This document shows positions 1 to 8,551 of a stretch of 42,707 nucleotides of DNA, in pieces (position 1 is the stretch's first letter; the number at the start of each line of letters is the position of its first letter). The notes under the pieces are model-generated. The model was not told the DNA's origin and did not search any database. It worked only from the letters and a program-made list of their open reading frames with translations. This DNA is from Candidatus Krumholzibacteriia bacterium. Its GTDB lineage: Bacteria > Krumholzibacteriota > Krumholzibacteriia > WVZY01. The position numbers and the translations under genes were made by a program. The stretch covers positions 1 to 42,707 of the forward strand of contig JAZGDW010000239.1 of the NCBI GenBank assembly GCA_036478295.1, read 5' to 3'.

Positions 1-348
1 TATGAAGCGGGAAGCTCCGGGCCAAGACTTATGGAATCTCGAAGGGACGGGGCGGCGAGCAAGATGTGGGGCACGTGGCTGAGGAGACGGTGGATTCCTC
101 GCCCCTATTGTGCGTTTGATCATACTAGCAACAATGCCGATAAGTCAATAAAATAGTGCGGACGGGTCGCAGCCACGGGGTCTTGAGCAGGTCAACTGCG
201 CGCTCCTGGGACCCGGCGCCCATCGTCGATTGGTTCTCGTGGTACAGGTCGAACCCGACCATGGAAACTACCGCGGCGGGTGGCGGTACGACGCGAAATA
301 CACCACATCGGACAACTCGACGGCCCAATGGGGTTCACTGCCTTTGCT

Positions 349-518
349 AAGGGTGGCGTCCTTCCCGTTGCGATCCTTGGCAGCGCTGACTTCGACGTGA
401 GTGAGATCGACATCTCGTCGCTGCTCCTCGAGGGTGTGGCGCCGCTTCGGGGCAACTACGAGATGTCGCCGCACCGGTGATCGACGGTGGGGACTGTGAG
501 TGCAACGAGGCCGGGCCG
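349..518 (+). pseudogene. Frameshifted gene remnant paralogous to the middle domain of the 23605..24798 secreted protein
   Basis: 349-462 reads KGGVLPVAILGSADFDVSEIDISSLLLEGVAPLRGNYE. After a -1 shift at about 462 it reads DVAAPVIDGGDCECNEAGP. This aligns with KGGILPVAVLGFASFDVADIDMGSMRLEGVAPLADKTIFEDVATSVDPEGGCFPGGP at 24178..24348. No signal peptide or C-terminal domain flanks it. Confidence 0.7.
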
Positions 519-686
519 TCAATTTTGTTCGAAACCGGGAGCAAGTCGACTGCGCGTTTCTTCGACTCTGGCCTGGGGTGCCCGCAAGCCTCGATGTGTT
601 ATAATCAGCAGGTTCACGTGGCGCCCTAAACGGGAGGTGGGGCTTGGGCGCCGCTGTTTTGTCAAGCGTAGGACACTCCACGTATT

Positions 687-1736
687 ATGGCATCGATCTG
701 GATAGACCTCGACAACTCCCCTCATGTGCTTCTATTCGAGCCGCTGATCGCCGAGTTGCAGGCGCGCGGGCACGAGACCGTCGTCACGGCGAGGGATTAC
801 GGATTTACATTCGAGATGCTCGACCAGAAGGGCATCCCCTACGACCCCGTCGGGTGGCATCCAGGAAGAAATATCGTCCGCAAGGTGGTGGGCCTCGCAA
901 GCCGTGTGGGCGCGCTTATGCGGTGGGCGCGTGGCCGCCACATCGACGTTACCGTCAGCCACGGTTCACGCGGTCTCGTGCTCGCCAGTTCGTTGCTGCG
1001 CATCCCTTGTCTGACGATGTACGACTACGAGTTCGTCGCGACCGGGATCTACCGCCTATCCAGCAAAATCCTGCTGCCGGACATACTGTCGGACGACGCC
1101 GTGAGCAACCTCGGAGGCGCGCGCTGTCGTGTCACCCGCTATCCGGGACTCAAGGAGGAAGTCTACCTCGGGAGTTTTGCGCCCGATCCGTCGATCAAGG
1201 ACACGCTGGACATCCCCGACAACAAGGTGGTCGTCGTCGTTCGCCCCCCGGCCACCGAGGCGCACTATCACAGTGAGGTCAGCGACAGAATGTTCGACGC
1301 CGTTCTCGATCGTCTGCGCACGTCGGATAACGTCGTGGGCGTGATCGTTCCGCGCACGCAGGTGCAGGCGCAGTTGCTCGCGGGCTCGATACGGGATTCC
1401 AACAGTATTCGTTTGCTCACCTCCCCCGTCAACGGACCGAACCTGATATGGCATGCGGATCTCGTGGTTGGCGCCGGCGGAACCATGAATCGCGAAGCGG
1501 CACTCCTCGGCGTGCCCGTGTACAGCGCTTTCATGAGCCGGCCGGGCGAGGTCGATCAAGCATTCGCGAGACAGGGTAAGATGACGTTTTTGCAGGATAG
1601 GGAAGCTGTGGCCAACATCCGGCTCGAGAAGCGCCACAAGGGTGACTACGCGGAAGAGGCCGCCGCGAGACAACGCCGCAGCCGCAAAATCATCGAGTTC
1701 GTTTGCGACGAAATTCTGTCGATGGTAAAATCGTAG
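687..1736 (+). CDS. DUF354 family predicted glycosyltransferase (GT-B-like)
   Basis: 349 aa ORF with IWIDLDNSPHV, TARDYG, SHGSR, MYDYE, YPGLKEEVYL and GAGGTMNREAALLGVP motifs typical of DUF354. Confidence 0.85.
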   Translation: MASIWIDLDNSPHVLLFEPLIAELQARGHETVVTARDYGFTFEMLDQKGIPYDPVGWHPGRNIVRKVVGLASRVGALMRWARGRHIDVTVSHGSRGLVLASSLLRIPCLTMYDYEFVATGIYRLSSKILLPDILSDDAVSNLGGARCRVTRYPGLKEEVYLGSFAPDPSIKDTLDIPDNKVVVVVRPPATEAHYHSEVSDRMFDAVLDRLRTSDNVVGVIVPRTQVQAQLLAGSIRDSNSIRLLTSPVNGPNLIWHADLVVGAGGTMNREAALLGVPVYSAFMSRPGEVDQAFARQGKMTFLQDREAVANIRLEKRHKGDYAEEAAARQRRSRKIIEFVCDEILSMVKS

Positions 1737-1745
1737 GCGAAGTGG

Positions 1746-3050
1746 CTAGCGTGGTGCGGGCTCGATGTGTACCTGGTCGCCGTCACGGCGGGCGTACCAG
1801 ATCGCCGCGTCCAAGGCGGCGGGCCCTTCGACGCGTGGGTCGTCGGTCGTTCCTACGAGTGACGAGCGGCTGCGCCGCTGCCACCAGTCGGCAATGGCCG
1901 CCGCCGTCGCGATCCATCCCCGTTCCGTACGAACCACCGACGCAACCACTCGGCCGTAGTCGTCGAGGCGCTCCTGCGCCAGGTTGTAGTCGGGATGGTA
2001 GAGAAAATTCGCCAGTCCGTGCCGTGCCCGCACCCATTCGAACTTTTTCAGCATGCCCCGGGTCGTGTCCGTACGAAGCAGGTTGATCAAGTGGTGGTCC
2101 ATCGGCATGGTGATCGGCAGCTCGATCGTTCGCTCGCCGATATGGTAGGGAAACACGGTGCTCACCCCGCCGAGCTGCGGTTCGAGGACGGCCGTGTCCA
2201 TGAACGAAGAATCGTAGTCGATGCGGAGGTCGCAGATCCACTCGGCATTCCGATAAAGCGCCGGCGAACGAAAACCAACCGCGCCCCACTCCTCGATATA
2301 CCGGTTGATCTTGAGAGCCCGCCGCTCGAACTCTTGCCGTGACGAGAAAAGCTTGCCGTCGTGGTTGAGGCCATGTACGCCGATCTCGTGCCCGCGCTCC
2401 TGGAGCGGTTGCAGGTCGGCTTGTGAGACGGGATAACGCTCGGGCACGACGAACCATGTCGAGCGGATACCGTGCGACTCCTCCAGTGCGGCCATACGCT
2501 CGCTAAACGCAAGGCCCTTGCTCGTTTCGACGTCGTGGGTAAAACACGCCGCCCAGTGATACGACATCGGCCAGAACCCGATGAACGGCACACGCTGTTG
2601 ATCCGCCCTCTCCATCAGTACCCGCAGTGCCGTGCGCAGGAATTCGTCCAGCGTGTCGTCTTGGGGCCATCCGGGGAACTCCACCGAGGCGAGGCGGGAG
2701 CGCGCGTTCGCTCGCTGCGCTGTGAGCTGAAGCGAGCGCGGCATGAGCGGTTTCAGCAAATAGTAAACCTTCTTCAGAAACTCTGTCTTTCGCGCATCGG
2801 GGGTGCTGTGCGGGACGTATCTCTCGAACTGGAGATTGGCAATGGCGTTCTCTGGATCGAACGTGGCCTTGCCGTCGTCAGTGAGGAACAACCCCTTCTG
2901 GTCAGCGTCGGCGACAGGGTGAATCCACACGGTCACGCCTTTGAAGCGTGCCATTATTGGGGGATGGGCATGTGGAGACGGTGCCGGCGCTCCGTACAGT
3001 TCTCCGCCGAGGTCCTGCAAAAGTTTCCAATGGTTCAGCAGGCGGGACAT
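1746..3050 (-). CDS. Polysaccharide deacetylase family protein (CE4/NodB-like)
   Basis: 434 aa; FTHDVE, HEIGVHGLNH, GFRSP, YDSS, ELPIT and LYHPDY motifs; 12 nt downstream of the carbamoyltransferase. Confidence 0.8.
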   Translation of the reverse strand: MSRLLNHWKLLQDLGGELYGAPAPSPHAHPPIMARFKGVTVWIHPVADADQKGLFLTDDGKATFDPENAIANLQFERYVPHSTPDARKTEFLKKVYYLLKPLMPRSLQLTAQRANARSRLASVEFPGWPQDDTLDEFLRTALRVLMERADQQRVPFIGFWPMSYHWAACFTHDVETSKGLAFSERMAALEESHGIRSTWFVVPERYPVSQADLQPLQERGHEIGVHGLNHDGKLFSSRQEFERRALKINRYIEEWGAVGFRSPALYRNAEWICDLRIDYDSSFMDTAVLEPQLGGVSTVFPYHIGERTIELPITMPMDHHLINLLRTDTTRGMLKKFEWVRARHGLANFLYHPDYNLAQERLDDYGRVVASVVRTERGWIATAAAIADWWQRRSRSSLVGTTDDPRVEGPAALDAAIWYARRDGDQVHIEPAPR

Positions 3051-3062
3051 GGATGCTCGCTA

Positions 3063-4772
3063 CTAATCGCCATGGGCGCGAACCCGAAAGGACTCGAGAA
3101 AGAGCACGTCGACAGCTCCGCGTTTTAGCTCGCTAATGGCGTCGGCAGGACTGCCGACGATCGGCTCCTCGTGCTTGTTGAAACTCGTGTTGATCGCTAA
3201 CGGAAGACCGGTGATTTCGTTGTGCTTGGACAGTGCCTCGTGAAGGTAGGGATCCACCGCCGCGCTGACCGTTTGCGGCCGTGCGGTGCCGTCGAGGTGA
3301 ACGACCCCCGGGGCTTTCTCTTTGCACAGCGGAGTGCAACGCATGCAGATCGTCATGAACTTCGCGGGGTAGCTCATCCCCGCGAAGTCTTTGAAGTAGT
3401 TGGGAGCTTCCTCTTCAAGGATTATTGGAGCAAACGGCATGAACTCGGTGCGCGCGAGCCGCTGGTTCAACCAGTCCATCATCTTGGTGTCCGTGGGCTC
3501 GGCGAGAATGCTGCGGTGTCCAAGCGCCCGCGGCCCGAACTCCATCCGTCCTTGAAAGAGGCCCACCACCTGTTTTTGGGCAAGGGCTTTGCCGATCGCG
3601 TGCGCCGGGTCGCTGATCTCTTTCCATGTGATGCCGCGGGACACCTCGAGCTCCGCTCTGATCTGTGAGGTGTTCCAGTCGTCGCCCCAGTAGAGATCGC
3701 TCAACTCCTCCACGGGGGTGCCACCGTTTTGCGCCTGAAGGAGCTGCGCGCTGCCCAAGCCGATGCCCCCGTCACCCATGTGTGGAAAGACGAAGACGCT
3801 TTCGACCCCCGGAATCTCCCGGATGAGCAGGTTGGTTCTCACGTTCGCGAACGTTCCGCCAGCGAGCGTCACGTGCGGTATACCGTGCCTCTTGACCGCA
3901 TCGGCCGCCGTTTGCACGAACACTTCGTCCAGGAGGCGCTGCGCGCCGGACGAAAGCTCCTGGATATCCATGTCGCCGACACGTTCGCGAACGTATTCGA
4001 ACGCGTCGCGGAAGGCAAGTCGGCGCCGATTCGCCAGACCACCGGTTCGAGTCGAATACCCGAAGATCTCTGACAGAATTTTGTAGGCTTTGTCTCCATC
4101 CGAGTAGGCGGCAAGGCCGGTGATCTTTCCACCGTGGCGTTCGGGATTGAAGCCGCAAATCTGCGTGATGATTTCCCAAAAAATCCCGGCGGAGTTCAGT
4201 TTCGAAAACGTTGTTTCGTTTCTCAGTACGCCGTCGCGACCGACGTAGATCCCGCCTGAAATGCCGTCACCTCCGCCGTCCGACGAGATGACGATGGCGT
4301 CTGGGCAGCCCGACGAGTAATATGCGGACGCGGCGTGTGACATGTGGTGATTGAGGTAGTGGATCGGCGCCTGAATGTCAGCGTTGCGCACGTTCTGCTC
4401 CAGCTCTTCCTTGTTTTGGCTCATGAGTTTCATCAGCTGCAACGATCCGTAGGCAGCAAGGCGCGTGTTCATGAGCGGCCCGAGTGATCGGGTGAGAACC
4501 GAATACACCTTCTGGTGCAGCCGCGGCTCCGCGGCGTAGTCGTACGAGGCCTCGGAGTCCTCCACCATCGCCTCGAAACCCACCGTCACCGCATCGATGT
4601 CCTGCGGACGAACGCCGGTGAAGCGGAACATGCGCTCCATCGCGAGAAAGGGAAAGCCAAAGTGAAGCTTGCGGCGCGAATAGCGTTCCTCGTTCGCGGC
4701 GAACAGTACGCGGCCGTCCTGTAACAGCGATACGCCGGAATCTTTACCGTCATGAAGTCCGAGCAGCAGCAT
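3063..4772 (-). CDS. Carbamoyltransferase (NodU/CmcH family)
   Basis: 569 aa; EERYSRRK, HHMSHAASAYY, DGGGD, GKITGLA, LAGGTFANV, PHMGDGG, GRMEFGPRALGHRSIL, FMPFAP, VHLDGTARPQ, NTSFN motifs. Confidence 0.93.
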   Translation of the reverse strand: MLLLGLHDGKDSGVSLLQDGRVLFAANEERYSRRKLHFGFPFLAMERMFRFTGVRPQDIDAVTVGFEAMVEDSEASYDYAAEPRLHQKVYSVLTRSLGPLMNTRLAAYGSLQLMKLMSQNKEELEQNVRNADIQAPIHYLNHHMSHAASAYYSSGCPDAIVISSDGGGDGISGGIYVGRDGVLRNETTFSKLNSAGIFWEIITQICGFNPERHGGKITGLAAYSDGDKAYKILSEIFGYSTRTGGLANRRRLAFRDAFEYVRERVGDMDIQELSSGAQRLLDEVFVQTAADAVKRHGIPHVTLAGGTFANVRTNLLIREIPGVESVFVFPHMGDGGIGLGSAQLLQAQNGGTPVEELSDLYWGDDWNTSQIRAELEVSRGITWKEISDPAHAIGKALAQKQVVGLFQGRMEFGPRALGHRSILAEPTDTKMMDWLNQRLARTEFMPFAPIILEEEAPNYFKDFAGMSYPAKFMTICMRCTPLCKEKAPGVVHLDGTARPQTVSAAVDPYLHEALSKHNEITGLPLAINTSFNKHEEPIVGSPADAISELKRGAVDVLFLESFRVRAHGD

Positions 4773-5517
4773 CCGTGTTCTCCTTGACCCCCTCCTGTAC
4801 CCGACGAAAGCGAAGAACGTTCATCGAGGCGATTCGTTGCGAGTCGATGAATTCTAAGCCTTCCAGTTCGGCCTCGGCCGCGTACTCTTCTGGCTGAGCG
4901 TAGTGAACGAATGGAACTTTTAGAAAATCGGTGGTCCGTTGGTGAACGGCACGTGGCGTCAAAAACGTTCCTCGCATAGCGTAGCGCGCGGAGATCAAGA
5001 ACGCCGTGGTGGCTTGAACGAATGATCGTATCAGACCGATTCGCGCCGTATCGTGCCAGCGTTTCAATCGCGTTTGAAAAGAACCCGGTGCATAGACACC
5101 CAGGACGAGCTCGCCGTTGGGAGCGAGCACTCGTGCGATCTCCGAGAACACGCGGTTGCGTTCGGGAAGATGGTGAACGACGCCTATACAGAGGACGTAC
5201 GTGTAGACGCCGTCGCGAATCGGCAGATCTCTCAGATCGGCACAAATACGCACGCCGCAATCGATCGTCGCGAGAGCGTTGGGTGATATGTCGAGAAAAG
5301 TCGGCGGCGGCGAGTAGTTGCGCAGCGCCTCGTGGAACAGCGACTGCCCGCAACCGAAATCGCCGACGCGCTCGCCCGGCTGGCGCGGGAGCAAAGTTTG
5401 ATACTCTTCGTGCGCGCTTCGCGACGGAAACACGAGCTTGTCGTAGAAGCTGGCGACGTCACGGAAGATGGACTCTTGGGAGTCGGCGGACGCGGTCTGA
5501 TGATTGTTAGCGACCAT
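4750..5517 (-). CDS. Class I SAM-dependent methyltransferase
   Basis: Motif I VGDFGCGQS, acidic FLDIS, ADLRDLP, GVVHHL, RVLAPNG. Its 3' end overlaps the carbamoyltransferase start. ATG at 5517 (TTG 5520 alternative). Confidence 0.8.
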   Translation of the reverse strand: MVANNHQTASADSQESIFRDVASFYDKLVFPSRSAHEEYQTLLPRQPGERVGDFGCGQSLFHEALRNYSPPPTFLDISPNALATIDCGVRICADLRDLPIRDGVYTYVLCIGVVHHLPERNRVFSEIARVLAPNGELVLGVYAPGSFQTRLKRWHDTARIGLIRSFVQATTAFLISARYAMRGTFLTPRAVHQRTTDFLKVPFVHYAQPEEYAAEAELEGLEFIDSQRIASMNVLRFRRVQEGVKENTDAAARTS

Positions 5518-5817
5518 CAATCTAGCTCAAAGTTGGCGGTTTGTCGCGTGTAGCTGAGATCCGGGCCTCCGCCGTCGTCGGCGTATCTATTGAACCCTAG
5601 GTGGACGTTTGAACCTAGAGAGAATCGATGGCTCACGGTTAGACCACTCGCAGCGGCTCATGATGTATACAAGTATCTCACAATAGGTTGCTTACGTCAA
5701 CCCGTGCCGCATCGAACCACGGGCTTGGCGCGCGAGGGGCGGGCCATCATACGCCACGAACTTGAGGTCGCTCTGCAGAGTCGCTAGCCACGGGTCCCGT
5801 TCGAGTCGCGTTTGTTG

Positions 5818-7128
5818 TCACCGCTGTGAGAGCCATTCCACCCAGCCAAATACCAGGATGAACAGGATGGCGGCCGGAATCATGTACTTGATCCAATAGA
5901 AAAGGAAAACCGGTACCACCGGACCGCTATCGGAGCGCATCTCCTCGAGCGTACCCGCCCGCCCCACGCACCACGTAAGGGCGATGACAGCCAGTGCTGC
6001 GCCGAGCGGCTGCATGGTGGACCCCCAGATGAGATCACTTGTGCCGATGTATCCCGCCACCGTGTACGCGGGCAGGGCCAGGGCAATCTCGACCACGGCG
6101 ATGATGAGTAACGACCGCCTGCGGGACCACGCGAGTGATTCTTCGAGTGTGGTGGCGATGACTTCGTAGGCCGCGATGAGCGAGAGCATGGCCACCATGA
6201 ACACGGATAAGAAAAACACAACTCCGAACCAAGCCCCGGCGGGCATCCTTGCAAAAACTTCCGGCATTACCTCGAACATGAGTGAGGGGCCGGCGGAAAG
6301 GTCCAGGTCGAAGGCGAAGACAGCCGGCACGACGATGAGCCCGGCCATCAACGCCGCCCCGGTATCCGCCCCTGCCGTTATCACCGCCTGCCGCGGAATG
6401 GGGTCGGTTTTACTCATATAACTGCCGTAGCGCACCATGAACATCCCGCCCAGACCGAGCGAGAAAACGGCCTGGCCGAGGGCGGCGAGCGCGGTATCAA
6501 AGGAGAAGTTCTCCCATCTCGGCTCGAGGAACTCCCGCAGCCCGTCACGGGCACCGTCGAGTGTTAGCACGCGAACGATCAGCACGACGAATAGAATAAA
6601 GAACAAAGGAATGACAATCCTGCTGGCGCGTTCGATACCACCGCGTACGCCAAAAGCGATGATCGTGCAGCCCATTAAGACGGTGACTCCTGTCGCCATC
6701 AGCTGGCGCGGGATGCCCGCGGTCAGTTCGGCAAACGAAACGGCTGACCGTGCCGAAACCGCCGCATGCAAAAATGCCATTGCCTCCTGTAGCACCCATC
6801 CGATAACTACGGCGTAGTACGACGCCGCCATCACCACCGTGACCAGAATCATCGAACTCCACAAGCGTCCGGCCGGCATACCGGCGGCCCCGAAGGCCCC
6901 CCACGGACCGCGCCGGGTGCGCCGCCCAAGCGACCACTCGCTCATCAGCGCGGGTATCCCGAATGCCAACACGATGACGAGGTAGATGACCAGAAAGGCG
7001 CTGCCCCCGTAGCGACCCATCATGTAGGGAAACCGCCAGATGTTGCCGAGACCGATGGCGACCCCCGCCATCGCCAGCACCGTCCCCCAACCGGAGGAAA
7101 AAATGGAGTTTGTGGTTCGATCGGACAT
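5818..7128 (-). CDS. Sodium-dependent transporter, NSS/SNF family
   Basis: AIGLGNIWRFPY, GGSAFL..Y, GGIERAS, ALGQAVFSLGLG, YGSY, GPSLMF motifs. ATG at 7128 lies 1 nt after the upstream stop; 436 aa. Confidence 0.92.
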   Translation of the reverse strand: MSDRTTNSIFSSGWGTVLAMAGVAIGLGNIWRFPYMMGRYGGSAFLVIYLVIVLAFGIPALMSEWSLGRRTRRGPWGAFGAAGMPAGRLWSSMILVTVVMAASYYAVVIGWVLQEAMAFLHAAVSARSAVSFAELTAGIPRQLMATGVTVLMGCTIIAFGVRGGIERASRIVIPLFFILFVVLIVRVLTLDGARDGLREFLEPRWENFSFDTALAALGQAVFSLGLGGMFMVRYGSYMSKTDPIPRQAVITAGADTGAALMAGLIVVPAVFAFDLDLSAGPSLMFEVMPEVFARMPAGAWFGVVFFLSVFMVAMLSLIAAYEVIATTLEESLAWSRRRSLLIIAVVEIALALPAYTVAGYIGTSDLIWGSTMQPLGAALAVIALTWCVGRAGTLEEMRSDSGPVVPVFLFYWIKYMIPAAILFILVFGWVEWLSQR

Positions 7129-7129
7129 A

Positions 7130-8320
7130 CTAGCGAAATATTGCCTTTGTGCGGCCCCACGAATGTTGCTTGGTCGGTGTCGTGACTCCGGCGAGCGCAA
7201 ACCATGTGGTCCCGTTCCACCGAGCGACACGGTTAACGGGCACTCCGTCCGCCGTGACAAATTCGCCGCCGGCATAGACGGCGCCTTCCGATATGGCGAT
7301 GGCATGAACGGGCGCATCGACGCCGGCGCCCAGCGGGTGCCACGCACTCCCGTCCCAGCGGGCAATGTGGCCCACTACAACATCGCGGATCCGGTCAACA
7401 TTACCACCCGCGTAAAGGTCGCTGTCGGATACCGCGAGAGCTGCGATCACTCCGCCGGCAGCAACGCTTGGGGTCGTGGAACCGTCGCCGAGTCCGACGA
7501 CGACGGTTGCGTTTGCCAGTTCGACCACTTCGTATGGACTTCCCGCGAGCAAAACCGCACCAAGTGTTGTAAATGCGCCTGCCACGAAGAGATTCGTGCC
7601 ATCGGACACCAGTGCATCCACTGAGGCGCATCCCGTGCATTCGTCGTCGGCGTTTGCGCTGCCCGCGTGGTCGGAGAGAACAAACGGTGTCGCGCGGGCG
7701 AGCGTCGCTTCGCTGGGTCTCGGAGAGCCGGGAAAGCGCAGGATCCCTCCAACATAGATCGTTCCGCCGAGGGGGGCGATCGCATGCATGTCGTGTTCGA
7801 TACCTGGCGGCGTCCCGCCGAGGACTTCCCACGCCGCTCCTGTCCAGCGGGCAAGTCCGTTGGCCGGTGTCGATCCGCCCACTTGAGAGAAAATTCCGCC
7901 AACGAGGAGTCCCGTGGCGTCCAGGGCGAGTGCCTTGACGACCGGCGCCGGGCCAACGATGCCGCCTCCAACGTCACTCCAAACGGAGCCGTCCCACATG
8001 GCGAGGTTGTGAACGGGTGTAGTTCCGGCAAGCGAAAACTCGCCGCCGACATAGACCTTTCCATCGGCAACCATGATCGCGCGCACGGTTCCGTTCACGC
8101 CAGCGCCGAGCGCGTGCCACATCGCACCATCCCACATCGCGATGTTGGAGGCAGCGAGATCCGATGCGTTCGAAAAGTTTCCGCCAACGAATATCTTGTC
8201 CGTATCCGGTGCCAGGGCGTGAACGGGACCATCGACCCCGGGCGTGGGGGACGCGGCAAGTAACGGGGCTGCTCCGAGCAGCGCCGCCACCTTTAGCGCA
8301 ATGCGTGCGGTTTTCCACAT
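7130..8320 (-). CDS. Secreted repeat (beta-propeller-like) protein with C-terminal SWGxxK motif
   Basis: Signal peptide MWKTARIALKVAALLGAAPLLAA. About six repeats of (Y/F)VGGxF...(N/H)(I/L)A(M/R)WDGxxWxxLGxG. Ends TTPTKQHSWGRTKAIFR. Confidence 0.8.
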   Translation of the reverse strand: MWKTARIALKVAALLGAAPLLAASPTPGVDGPVHALAPDTDKIFVGGNFSNASDLAASNIAMWDGAMWHALGAGVNGTVRAIMVADGKVYVGGEFSLAGTTPVHNLAMWDGSVWSDVGGGIVGPAPVVKALALDATGLLVGGIFSQVGGSTPANGLARWTGAAWEVLGGTPPGIEHDMHAIAPLGGTIYVGGILRFPGSPRPSEATLARATPFVLSDHAGSANADDECTGCASVDALVSDGTNLFVAGAFTTLGAVLLAGSPYEVVELANATVVVGLGDGSTTPSVAAGGVIAALAVSDSDLYAGGNVDRIRDVVVGHIARWDGSAWHPLGAGVDAPVHAIAISEGAVYAGGEFVTADGVPVNRVARWNGTTWFALAGVTTPTKQHSWGRTKAIFR

Positions 8321-8372
8321 GGCACCACTTTGTCACATATGCTTTGGCCATCTCCCTCATCTGGTGCCGTGC

Positions 8373-8390
8373 TTGCGAAGTTAATCACAA
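8373..8390. promoter_or_regulatory. CRP/FNR- or Rex-like palindromic site in divergent promoter region
   Basis: TTGCGA-AGTTAA-TCACAA: one mismatch to TGTGA-N6-TCACA and two to the Rex consensus TTGTGAA-N4-TTCACAA. Confidence 0.4.
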
Positions 8391-8551
8391 AGTCAAATTA
8401 CGAGTGGCTGTCGCTATCCCAAAGTTGACAACAATCATCTTTGATCCGTGGATTAACATCGGCGCCTCATCGTACACTAAATGCCAAACGGGGCGGTGTG
8501 CGACCGCACACCGGTGACGGCACCATTGGGGCAAATACCAGGGGAGGATAC

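Noticed and set aside
125..350. Short ORFs at the window start
   Set aside because: No RBS, motif or family resemblance; may be decayed sequence next to the 349..518 remnant.
5590..5620. Short repeated TTGAACC(C)TAG element upstream of the methyltransferase
   Set aside because: Two short imperfect copies only; could be chance, and no function can be supported.
7129..7365. N-terminal extension of the NSS transporter in the ORF track
   Set aside because: It overlaps the upstream gene; ATG 7128 right after that gene's stop gives a normal NSS N-terminus. Track starts of dnaE2, the radical SAM gene, the OMPs and the transketolase were trimmed for similar reasons.
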